Shown in pieces: positions 57,134-64,000 of a stretch of DNA of 64,000 nucleotides. Every line of letters begins with the position of its first letter. Positions within the stretch are counted from its first letter, which is position 1. The notes beneath the pieces were generated by a model. That model was given only the letters and a program-made list of their open reading frames with translations, ran no database searches and was not told the origin of the DNA. Where the stretch lies: positions 186,001 through 250,000 of IMG/VR virus record IMGVR_UViG_3300046542_000227; one strand, 5' to 3'. The translations under genes and the position numbers were made by a program.

Positions 57134-57511
57134 ATGGTTCGTATAGGTGCTATGGGTATCTTCCTTTTACTGTGCCTAGGCTTTCTCTTAGCTGGCGGTT
57201 GGACAGTAATCGAAGGAGTAAAGCGGTACGCTACTAAGGGATCGCGCAAAGCAGCCCGTAACGAGAACTTGGGTCAGATCATGGTTCAGCTCAAACAAGA
57301 AGGTTTCTTTGAGCCTTCAACTGAGCCAGTGATGATCCGCAATCGGGCAATCTCTGAAGCACTCTCAGAATCCTCTAAACAGGAAGGCTTCTTCTGGGGT
57401 ATCAGTAAACGCAATATCTTCATTAAGGATAACCCTTACGAAGATCGCTTTGACACGATCCTGGTGTATGGCAATAAGAGCATTGGCTTTAACTGGCGCG
57501 GGCAGCTGTAA
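57134..57511 (+). CDS. Membrane-anchored hypothetical protein
   Basis: GAGGT RBS; N-terminal TM helix. Confidence 0.7.
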   Translation: MVRIGAMGIFLLLCLGFLLAGGWTVIEGVKRYATKGSRKAARNENLGQIMVQLKQEGFFEPSTEPVMIRNRAISEALSESSKQEGFFWGISKRNIFIKDNPYEDRFDTILVYGNKSIGFNWRGQL

Positions 57512-57544
57512 AGCTGCCTTTATGCCCTGAAAACTTGATTGCAA

Positions 57545-57575
57545 AAAATCTGAGATATATATTCTAAAGGTGAAT
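57545..57575 (+). promoter_or_regulatory. Putative phage early promoter
   Basis: GAGATATATATTC-TAAAG-GTGAA. Confidence 0.6.
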
Positions 57576-57623
57576 TAGGAGCATTAAGCGACTAATCACA
57601 TTCCCCTGTTCAGGAGTAATACC

Positions 57624-57839
57624 ATGTCCGTTATCAAATCCGCTGTTGCTAAAATCAAGCCTTTCGCTAAAGTGGCTGGCTACGCTGTTGGTGGTGTTGT
57701 AGTTGGCGGTGGTGCATACCTCGCCTACCAGGCTCTCAAAGCTGGTGGTGCAAGTGTCGCTGCTGAAGCGGTGGGTTCGGTTGCCGATGCGGCGGCCGAT
57801 GCTGTAACTGATGCTGTTGCAGCCGCGTTCCGCGGTTAA
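57624..57839 (+). CDS. 71-aa Ala/Gly/Val-rich membrane peptide
   Basis: AGGAG RBS, own promoter motif and terminator. Confidence 0.75.
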   Translation: MSVIKSAVAKIKPFAKVAGYAVGGVVVGGGAYLAYQALKAGGASVAAEAVGSVADAAADAVTDAVAAAFRG

Positions 57840-57885
57840 GGAATAAAGCATGGGGGCTTCGGCCCCCGTGTCTCTTTATCTTTTT
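57840..57885 (+). terminator. Intrinsic terminator
   Basis: CATGGGGGC-TTCG-GCCCCCGTG then T-rich tract. Confidence 0.75.
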
Positions 57886-57900
57886 GTTACTGGAGTTAAC

Positions 57901-58254
57901 ATGGAACAACAAAACCCTGACGCGGTCATCTCTCGATTGGCTGAGCGTTACCAAGAATATCGCGACACCCACACCAGCCTCAAGCCAGGTAAGATCCTGA
58001 CTGTGGTTAGGGATCACGGTAATCCACATGCGATCCCGTACGTACCTAACCCGGTCACTAGCCTTGCGGTGGTTGTGGAAGTACAGTCGGTATTCGTTAA
58101 GGTAGTGGAACGTCAGCGTGGCCTTACTGCTGAACCCCTGCGTCTCGAACAACGGGTAATGGTGATCGTGGACGGGCGACCTGACCAATCACTGTTGTCT
58201 GAATACGATTCCTGGTCGCTGTACATGCCTGATGAAATTACTTTCAGCTTGTGA
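57901..58254 (+). CDS. Hypothetical protein
   Basis: GGAG RBS, ATG 57901. Confidence 0.7.
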   Translation: MEQQNPDAVISRLAERYQEYRDTHTSLKPGKILTVVRDHGNPHAIPYVPNPVTSLAVVVEVQSVFVKVVERQRGLTAEPLRLEQRVMVIVDGRPDQSLLSEYDSWSLYMPDEITFSL

Positions 58255-58696
58255 CCTGTTCCAAGTCCCTGGTGATTGCCACGTTATCACAGTCAACTGT
58301 GTTGGCGCTATGGGTCGTGGCGTAGCGGAAGTCTTCCGGGATCGCTACATGAAGCAGTATTGGGAATACAAGAACCGCTGTAGGAAGAAACAAGTGTGGC
58401 TAGGTGTTCCTTACCTAGTCACTACTGATGATGGCCGTCATTGGCTGTTCTTCCCTACTAAGGATCATTGGCGCGGTAACTCCCAATACCACTGGATCCA
58501 TGAGGGACTGCAATACCTCGTTGACAACATCGGCGAGCCTGATTACATTCAACACGACTGGCATCTAGTATTCCCACCTTTGGGTTGCGGCAATGGCCAC
58601 CTAGACTTCCAGCACATCGCTCGGCTAATGGACATGTTTGATGGACATGTACCGAACGATATTACTCTTATCGCACCTCAGGACTACGAAATATGA
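58232..58696 (+). CDS. Macrodomain protein, DarG/TARG1-like ADP-ribosyl glycohydrolase
   Basis: [31 protein letters not shown]. Confidence 0.88.
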   Translation: MKLLSACDLFQVPGDCHVITVNCVGAMGRGVAEVFRDRYMKQYWEYKNRCRKKQVWLGVPYLVTTDDGRHWLFFPTKDHWRGNSQYHWIHEGLQYLVDNIGEPDYIQHDWHLVFPPLGCGNGHLDFQHIARLMDMFDGHVPNDITLIAPQDYEI

Positions 58697-59130
58697 AACC
58701 TCTTCGCCAAGCAGTATACTCCAGCCGTACCGCAGACAAGTTTGTTGTTCGTCTGCCAGACGGAATGCGTGAGACTATCGCGCAACGTGCCCGAGTGCAC
58801 CATCGGTCGATGAACTCTGAGATCATTGCCGTGCTGGAAAAGGATCTGGCGATTCCGGTTGATGAAACCGCGGTCCAGATGGAGCAGCACACCAACCCTA
58901 CGGTAACTACCCCGGTGTCCATGGGTATGCTGGCGTACTACCGTTTGGAAGATACTGGCGATAAGTACTCGCTGGCTGTGATTACCGGTATCTCGGTAAA
59001 CGTGGACGACGACGTATGGGTCACCTTCGACAAGCCACCAACACCAGCGCCTGCTGGTTACTCAGGCCCTGCTGGTCCTGATGGTCGTCGTTGGATCCCT
59101 ATCGCCAACATCAAACCTTTCTTGATCTAA
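58693..59130 (+). CDS. amrZ: AmrZ-like Arc/ribbon-helix-helix regulator with unrelated C-terminal domain
   Basis: [43 protein letters not shown], nearly the Pseudomonas AmrZ N-domain. Confidence 0.88.
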   Translation: MKPLRQAVYSSRTADKFVVRLPDGMRETIAQRARVHHRSMNSEIIAVLEKDLAIPVDETAVQMEQHTNPTVTTPVSMGMLAYYRLEDTGDKYSLAVITGISVNVDDDVWVTFDKPPTPAPAGYSGPAGPDGRRWIPIANIKPFLI

Positions 59131-59145
59131 CCCCCGGGGTGCTGC

Positions 59146-59469
59146 ATGTCGCTTGATAGCTTATTAGCTTTGTTTCAAGCGGTACAACTCGAAGCCCAAG
59201 CACACTTGGCTTTGATCTACTGTGCCAGCACCCTGACCACTTTCTCTCTGGCCTTTGTAAAGGCCTTCCAGTCACGCAACATCGTACTGGGTCACTACAA
59301 GGCAGCGTTCATTACTTCGTGGGGTGTATCTACCCTAGAGGTCGTGGGCGTGAGCCTCGTAGTAATAGGTGGTTGGTGGATTATACTCTCCTCTGGCATC
59401 GGTGGTTCTATTGGAACCCTCGTGGCCATGCATACTCACGAACGTTTCTTCAGGAAGATAAAACCATGA
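59146..59469 (+). CDS. Small multi-pass membrane protein
   Basis: Three hydrophobic segments, GIGGSIGT. Confidence 0.72.
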   Translation: MSLDSLLALFQAVQLEAQAHLALIYCASTLTTFSLAFVKAFQSRNIVLGHYKAAFITSWGVSTLEVVGVSLVVIGGWWIILSSGIGGSIGTLVAMHTHERFFRKIKP

Positions 59470-60134
59470 CTACGAACATTCTCTTTGCTGGCAGCTACAG
59501 TAGCGTCCGTCAACGAATCCAGCAAACGGATATCGTTACGGTGCAACCCAGCGCTATGTTGTCTATTCCAGCCAACGCTAATCCGTTTCACCACGATAGC
59601 TTCAGCATGGGTTCTGATCTGCCTCGTGGTTGGATGGTCATGCATGCGGGTTTTGATGACACCAATGGCTTTGAAGACATGTACTTGGTTAACACCAAGA
59701 CCGGTCAACGAATCCAACTCGACTTCGAACCCGAAACACCACAGTGGGAAGAGGCGGTCTACATCGACGAGACACCTGAACTCGATCTCTTGCAGCGCTA
59801 CTGCTGGGTGCGTCAAGGCGGTCAAGTGTTCTGGTACAACTACCAGCAGTTCCTGTTGGCTACCCTCGGCGACTCGCAACAGATGTTGGTGAAACCCACA
59901 CCACTCTACATGGTCGTGGACAAGTGGATGGTGTTGATGGATGTCCTCGCTGATCACCATCGGTTTGCGCGCTTCTGTGCATCGCATGAACCGGATCTCC
60001 AATGGTCAGCTGATACACTTAGCCAAGCCATGCGTTTGGTGGAAGCTGAAAAGCTGTTGGCTGCTGAGGGCCACCCAACCACTACTTTACCAATCCACAA
60101 GTTGGTTGATATCCGCGATCGTAGCGATTCTTGA
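59466..60134 (+). CDS. Hypothetical protein
   Basis: ATGA overlap at 59466, AGGA RBS. Confidence 0.7.
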   Translation: MTTNILFAGSYSSVRQRIQQTDIVTVQPSAMLSIPANANPFHHDSFSMGSDLPRGWMVMHAGFDDTNGFEDMYLVNTKTGQRIQLDFEPETPQWEEAVYIDETPELDLLQRYCWVRQGGQVFWYNYQQFLLATLGDSQQMLVKPTPLYMVVDKWMVLMDVLADHHRFARFCASHEPDLQWSADTLSQAMRLVEAEKLLAAEGHPTTTLPIHKLVDIRDRSDS

Positions 60135-60145
60135 TTGAAATGAAA

Positions 60146-60170
60146 CTGAGAACTATATTGTACTCTTGAG
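60146..60170 (+). promoter_or_regulatory. Putative phage early promoter
   Basis: GAGAACTATATTG-TACTC-TTGAG. Confidence 0.5.
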
Positions 60171-60216
60171 TTATGGGGCTTCCATGCCTCTAATATTAGA
60201 CCCATAGGGGATAACC

Positions 60217-60528
60217 ATGCGAGCCGCACATCACAGCTCTATGTTCTACCGAATGATCCGCACCTTCAATGGTGAGAGTGCCTTCCTGCATCGGCAAATG
60301 TACATCATCCTGGAAGAAGTAAAGACCAGTGGTTACCTCGTTAACCTGTGTGCCAACATCGAGTTCACCAAAGCGTGTATGGCATACCAGCAATCGATTG
60401 ACAAGTTGACACAACGTCAGATCAGTCCAGAGCTGGCCACTGAGATCCGCACTAACGCCACGGCGGTTGTTACACACATCCGCAACCACTTAACCGAACA
60501 CGATGTTGATTATCGTAAACTGATTTGA
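60217..60528 (+). CDS. Hypothetical protein
   Basis: AGGGGA RBS, 103 aa. Confidence 0.68.
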   Translation: MRAAHHSSMFYRMIRTFNGESAFLHRQMYIILEEVKTSGYLVNLCANIEFTKACMAYQQSIDKLTQRQISPELATEIRTNATAVVTHIRNHLTEHDVDYRKLI

Positions 60529-60539
60529 TCGAGGCTGTA

Positions 60540-60764
60540 ATGAGTGACTTCTTTGAGATGCGTGCCATGCTAGACCGTAAGAACGCTGAGAAGCGTGAGA
60601 AGAAGCTTTGTGGTCGTGTCTACCAAGCAATCGTCGTAATGCTCCTGTGCGGCGCTGTAGGGCTTCACAGCGGTATTCGTGACCTCGAACAACCAGTCGG
60701 TTATGTAACTGAAGCTTTTTCTCAGCAAAAACAACTAGTTGTAACCTTTACACCCAACCCTTAA
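60540..60764 (+). CDS. Small membrane protein
   Basis: GAGG RBS, one TM helix. Confidence 0.62.
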   Translation: MSDFFEMRAMLDRKNAEKREKKLCGRVYQAIVVMLLCGAVGLHSGIRDLEQPVGYVTEAFSQQKQLVVTFTPNP

Positions 60765-60779
60765 GCAAGAGGATTTACC

Positions 60780-61118
60780 ATGCAAGTTAAAATCGGTGGC
60801 TTCGCAGCATTCTGTATCGCCTGTGTTGTAGTGGGTGGTATCGAACGTATTACCAGTTCGATCTGTGTTTCCCGCATCGGTCGTGGGCGTAAGTTGCCTA
60901 AGCAATCGCTGTTCTGGAAAGAGTTGGCACACCAGGTCGAAGCGCTGCGTACGGAAACCCCGGACATCAGCATCGACGATCTGCGCACCAAGCTGAAAGA
61001 AAAGCTGTCGCCGCTGTATGAAAGCGCTCTGATGGAATGCGAAACACCAGAAGAGATCGAACGCTTCACCATGCAGTGGAACATGAAGCTGGAAGCACTC
61101 GGCGAACCGGCCAAGTAA
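60780..61118 (+). CDS. Membrane-anchored hypothetical protein
   Basis: GAGGA RBS, hydrophobic N-terminus. Confidence 0.7.
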   Translation: MQVKIGGFAAFCIACVVVGGIERITSSICVSRIGRGRKLPKQSLFWKELAHQVEALRTETPDISIDDLRTKLKEKLSPLYESALMECETPEEIERFTMQWNMKLEALGEPAK

Positions 61119-61132
61119 TCCACTTCGATATA

Positions 61133-61160
61133 CCCCTGCCTTCGGGCAGGGTTTTATTCC
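61133..61160 (+). terminator. Intrinsic terminator
   Basis: CCCTGCC-TTCG-GGCAGGG-TTTTATTCC. Confidence 0.8.
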
Positions 61161-61194
61161 TTGCACCCCTTTCTTTTATATCTAACTAAACCCG

Positions 61195-61605
61195 ATGAGG
61201 CTTAACATGATGCGTAACCACCCTACACTCCCGCTGTCCTCTGGCGATACCCTGATTGCTAAAGCTGAGATGGCATGCAGCTTTGCAGCACTCGGTGAAG
61301 GTAACTGGTCTGAATGGCGTTTCGGTGACCACGTTGGTCTGTGCTATGCAACCGACACCTACTGCGTATTCTTCAACGCTAACGGTCAAGCGTTCACTGG
61401 TAGCTTCAGTGTGTTTGCCGACAGCAAATGGAAAGCTAAGTTCATGGACTTGGCCACCCGGATGCACTACAGGCAACTGGACCTCATGCCCCTGTTCGAA
61501 TGCATGAACCAGTTGACGATTATCGAGGGTAGCTGTAAACTCGATGACGCTGTACTGGATACCTTCCGTAACGAACTCATTGATCACATCAAAGGAATGC
61601 AATAA
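61195..61605 (+). CDS. Hypothetical protein (start may be 61208)
   Basis: 136-aa ORF; GAGG upstream of internal ATG. Confidence 0.68.
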   Translation: MRLNMMRNHPTLPLSSGDTLIAKAEMACSFAALGEGNWSEWRFGDHVGLCYATDTYCVFFNANGQAFTGSFSVFADSKWKAKFMDLATRMHYRQLDLMPLFECMNQLTIIEGSCKLDDAVLDTFRNELIDHIKGMQ

Positions 61606-61935
61606 ATGAACTGGTACGCAATCATGCTGTTTATGTTGTTCTCGCCAATCGGCTGGATCATCTGCGGTGTGCTGTTGGCAATCTTTATCTTCGCCAACCT
61701 GAAGTTCAACATGGCTGTCAATGTCTCACGCCGGATCCTGCAGCCTATCGATCCCGATGATCCACATCCAGCAGACACCATGGCCTTCATGCGCAAACAT
61801 CTGGAAGACAGTGGTATCAACCGGAACAAGCGGTTCTGGTTTACCATCCTCGCTACATCGGGCATTGCCCTGATCGTGGTGCTGGGTTTCCCAATGCTCT
61901 GCACATTCACTAGCTTCACCACCTACTGCCCTTAA
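61606..61935 (+). CDS. Two-TM membrane protein
   Basis: AAGGA RBS; two hydrophobic helices. Confidence 0.7.
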   Translation: MNWYAIMLFMLFSPIGWIICGVLLAIFIFANLKFNMAVNVSRRILQPIDPDDPHPADTMAFMRKHLEDSGINRNKRFWFTILATSGIALIVVLGFPMLCTFTSFTTYCP

Positions 61936-61976
61936 CGACATAAAGCCCCCTCCCACTCGGGAGGGGCCTATGCCGC
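61936..61976. repeat. Conserved ~40-bp palindromic element at convergent junction (copy 3)
   Basis: CGACATAAAGCCCCCTCCC-ACTC-GGGAGGGGCCTATGCCGC. Confidence 0.85.
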
Positions 61977-61986
61977 TTTTTTCTTT

Positions 61987-63045
61987 TTACTTCTGCAGGA
62001 CTTGTTCCAGGTAAACAATCAACGCCTCACCCAGACCACTCATGCGTTCCACGAGGTTGGTCAGGAAGTAGCTGTTGTTGGCCTCGAAGATCTCCATCGC
62101 CCAGTTGGAGTTCGACAACTCAGTGTCGACCTGGTCGTAGTCGTAGTAACCACGAATCGGTGGATCAGTGAAGTCGAAACCATAGGCGTAGTCATCGCTG
62201 TAGATCTCGATGGCCGCAAACGTCTCACACAGAGCCCGCAGCTCTTTAACGATTGCGGTCAGCTCTGCCTTCGATGGGAACGGCAGGGTAACTTCAGTGC
62301 TACTGTCGATCTGGGCAGGGAGATAGCTGAACTCCCCTTTACCGGTCGATGCGCTCTTGTCGAGGAATGGTTGCTTACCCCAACCCATGAACACATGAGA
62401 CACTTCAGTCCACTTACCAGCCAGCCCGTCAGTTTGCTTGGCATTGATCGACTTGATCAGCGCAGCGAACTCGTCAGGCTTGTCATCATTACCCATGAAC
62501 GGTTTGAATGCATTGTCAATACTAGCCATGAACCTGGCTTGATTGTCGAGTTCAGGCTTGGCCTTACTGAAGACACCTTTATAGTTAACGGTGTCAGCTT
62601 TGATCTGAGCAGCCAAAGCACCTTGGCCTTTGAAGAATGGGGCGTAACGCTTAGCGATCGTTACAGAGCCTTCACGGTCCTCGTAGGCGGCCAGCAGTCC
62701 TTCGACCTCGGAGTCCAGCCAGTTAAGGCGCTGCCAGAATGGTACGTCTTCTTTCTTGGACACGGCTTCCTTGGTTTTACCCGTGAGGAAGTTCTTGATC
62801 GCCGACAGCAAACCTTCCATCGAGACGACACGCTTGTTCAGGTCTTCGCCTTGTTGGTAGTCTTCTACCGACACCATCGAAGAGAACCCGCCGAGGATAT
62901 TGTCAGCGACAGCATTGAAGCGTACGATCTCAGCGTACTGCTCCAGACCCAGACCACGACGACGCAGGCGATAACCTACGGTCAGGTGTTTTTGAAGACG
63001 ACTCAGCTGGTCTTTAGCCAGAGCCACTTCTGCAGATTGTTTCAT
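61987..63045 (-). CDS. Internal head protein with cleavable propeptide
   Basis: AGGAG RBS before ATG 63045; LGLE, VSVE, VSMEGLL motifs. Confidence 0.72.
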   Translation of the reverse strand: MKQSAEVALAKDQLSRLQKHLTVGYRLRRRGLGLEQYAEIVRFNAVADNILGGFSSMVSVEDYQQGEDLNKRVVSMEGLLSAIKNFLTGKTKEAVSKKEDVPFWQRLNWLDSEVEGLLAAYEDREGSVTIAKRYAPFFKGQGALAAQIKADTVNYKGVFSKAKPELDNQARFMASIDNAFKPFMGNDDKPDEFAALIKSINAKQTDGLAGKWTEVSHVFMGWGKQPFLDKSASTGKGEFSYLPAQIDSSTEVTLPFPSKAELTAIVKELRALCETFAAIEIYSDDYAYGFDFTDPPIRGYYDYDQVDTELSNSNWAMEIFEANNSYFLTNLVERMSGLGEALIVYLEQVLQK

Positions 63046-63083
63046 AGCCACTCCTAGTGTATACCGATTTACATACGATTGAT

Positions 63084-63122
63084 GGCATAGCACCCGCCCG
63101 GTTAGGGGCGGGCTTTATGCCG
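63084..63122 (-). terminator. Hairpin of repeated family
   Basis: GGCATAG-CCCGCCC-GGTTAG-GGGCGGG-CTTTATGCCG. Confidence 0.7.
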
Positions 63123-63123
63123 C

Positions 63124-63444
63124 TTAACGGAAGTCCGCAAAGATGACTGTAGGACCAACCGCTTCATAACGTACGTAGCTGTGCGCCGCCGTCATGATCG
63201 GTTGCATGATGATGAAGAACAACAAACCACAGTGCTGAGACAACCAGCGCTCAATACACTCGATCTCTTTAACCACCATTCCACTGTACTGCAGTTCGAA
63301 CTGCAACTTGGCTTCCTGGAAGAACGTCGGCATGTTGTCTTGCTTAATGTAGACGTACACAGGTTTCCGTAGATCACGGTGACGCTTCTGATGATCCAGA
63401 TGCGCCAGTAACTCCTTTACAAACGATTCGTACGGTCTTGTCAT
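63124..63444 (-). CDS. Hypothetical protein
   Basis: 106 aa abutting helicase stop. Confidence 0.65.
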   Translation of the reverse strand: MTRPYESFVKELLAHLDHQKRHRDLRKPVYVYIKQDNMPTFFQEAKLQFELQYSGMVVKEIECIERWLSQHCGLLFFIIMQPIMTAAHSYVRYEAVGPTVIFADFR

Positions 63445-64000
63445 TTAAGCTGCTTCCCACCATGGTGATTCATCATCGGAACCCATACGTCCGCCGCCAG
63501 GCATGGCCACACTGCGATCTTCACCATCGACGTCCCAAGGGATAGTACCGATGATTTCAAATGGCAGTACGCAATACTGATCTTTCTCGGACGTTACGGT
63601 GTTACGGTGCTTACCACGAGCAATAGTCAAGTACGCTTTGCCATTAACGCGTACGATGTGGATCATGATTTCCAGATCCGGTTCTTGGCCCAGACGACGA
63701 CAGCCGTCATAGTAACCTTTGTTGGCAATGTTGCGGACAAAGTCATCTACGTTCTCACGGGTCATTTGCAGCGCATCAGACGACAGCTGATGTGGCGACA
63801 GGAACGTGATACCGCGAGGTGAGGTGTAGTTACGGATACGACGGAACAACAGACGAATATCGTCACCGGCTACCTTGGCTTCCAAACCAGTCTTCGGCAA
63901 CATGTTCAGGTAGTCGACAATCAACATCTGGATTTCGTAGCCTTCAGCGATCAGGCCATCCAGGTGAGTAGTCAACGACGCAGCAGAGAATTCGGTTGGA
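63445..64000 (-). CDS. dnaB: DnaB-like replicative helicase, C-terminal part (phiKZ gp118-like); truncated by window
   Basis: LIVDYLNM (Walker B), PHQLS, GKHR arginine finger; frame open to window edge. Confidence 0.85.
   Translation of the reverse strand, partial: PTEFSAASLTTHLDGLIAEGYEIQMLIVDYLNMLPKTGLEAKVAGDDIRLLFRRIRNYTSPRGITFLSPHQLSSDALQMTRENVDDFVRNIANKGYYDGCRRLGQEPDLEIMIHIVRVNGKAYLTIARGKHRNTVTSEKDQYCVLPFEIIGTIPWDVDGEDRSVAMPGGGRMGSDDESPWWEAA

Noticed and set aside
21017-61976. Repeated palindromes as a CRISPR array or IS/MITE ends
   Set aside because: Copies are dispersed singly, with no spacers, target duplications or transposase
1-64000. Alternative genetic code or stop-codon readthrough
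   Set aside because: Standard code gives near-complete coding density; TAA, TGA and TAG all terminate conserved genes

Overview
This window comes from a nucleus-forming, phiKZ-related Pseudomonas jumbo phage (Chimalliviridae). It is dense, colinear with the phiKZ gp54-gp118 region, and shows no CRISPR array, tRNA/rRNA, IS element, intron or intein that I can support. Gene order: (1) 1-19.6 kb is the nucleus/non-virion RNAP core block: chimallin 3' half, beta' N-part with NADFDGD, SbcD/Mre11 nuclease, ChmC, sigma-like gp68, PicA/Imp1, beta C-part, beta' C-part, SF2 helicase. (2) 19.7-36 kb holds accessory ORFs, a probable tail-assembly-chaperone pair, a virion RNAP beta' piece, three 'MLE.LL' tail/Kelch proteins and the exonuclease half of the split PolB. 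(3) 36-56.6 kb encodes head/inner-body and baseplate proteins. (4) 57-62 kb is an early accessory cluster with a DarG-like macrodomain and an AmrZ homologue, followed by the 3' end of DnaB. The strongest unexplained signals are four. First, a 91-aa ORF consists of two active-centre motifs of the phage's own RNAP beta subunit joined by a short linker. Second, a start-less NADAR-like domain is reachable by a -1 shift at A_AAA_AAG at the end of the DNA polymerase gene. Third, a second candidate -1 frameshift would give a G/GT-type tail chaperone. Fourth, an RNA switch buries the helicase ribosome-binding site. phiKZ gp numbers are assigned from memory of motifs and synteny, not from a database search.
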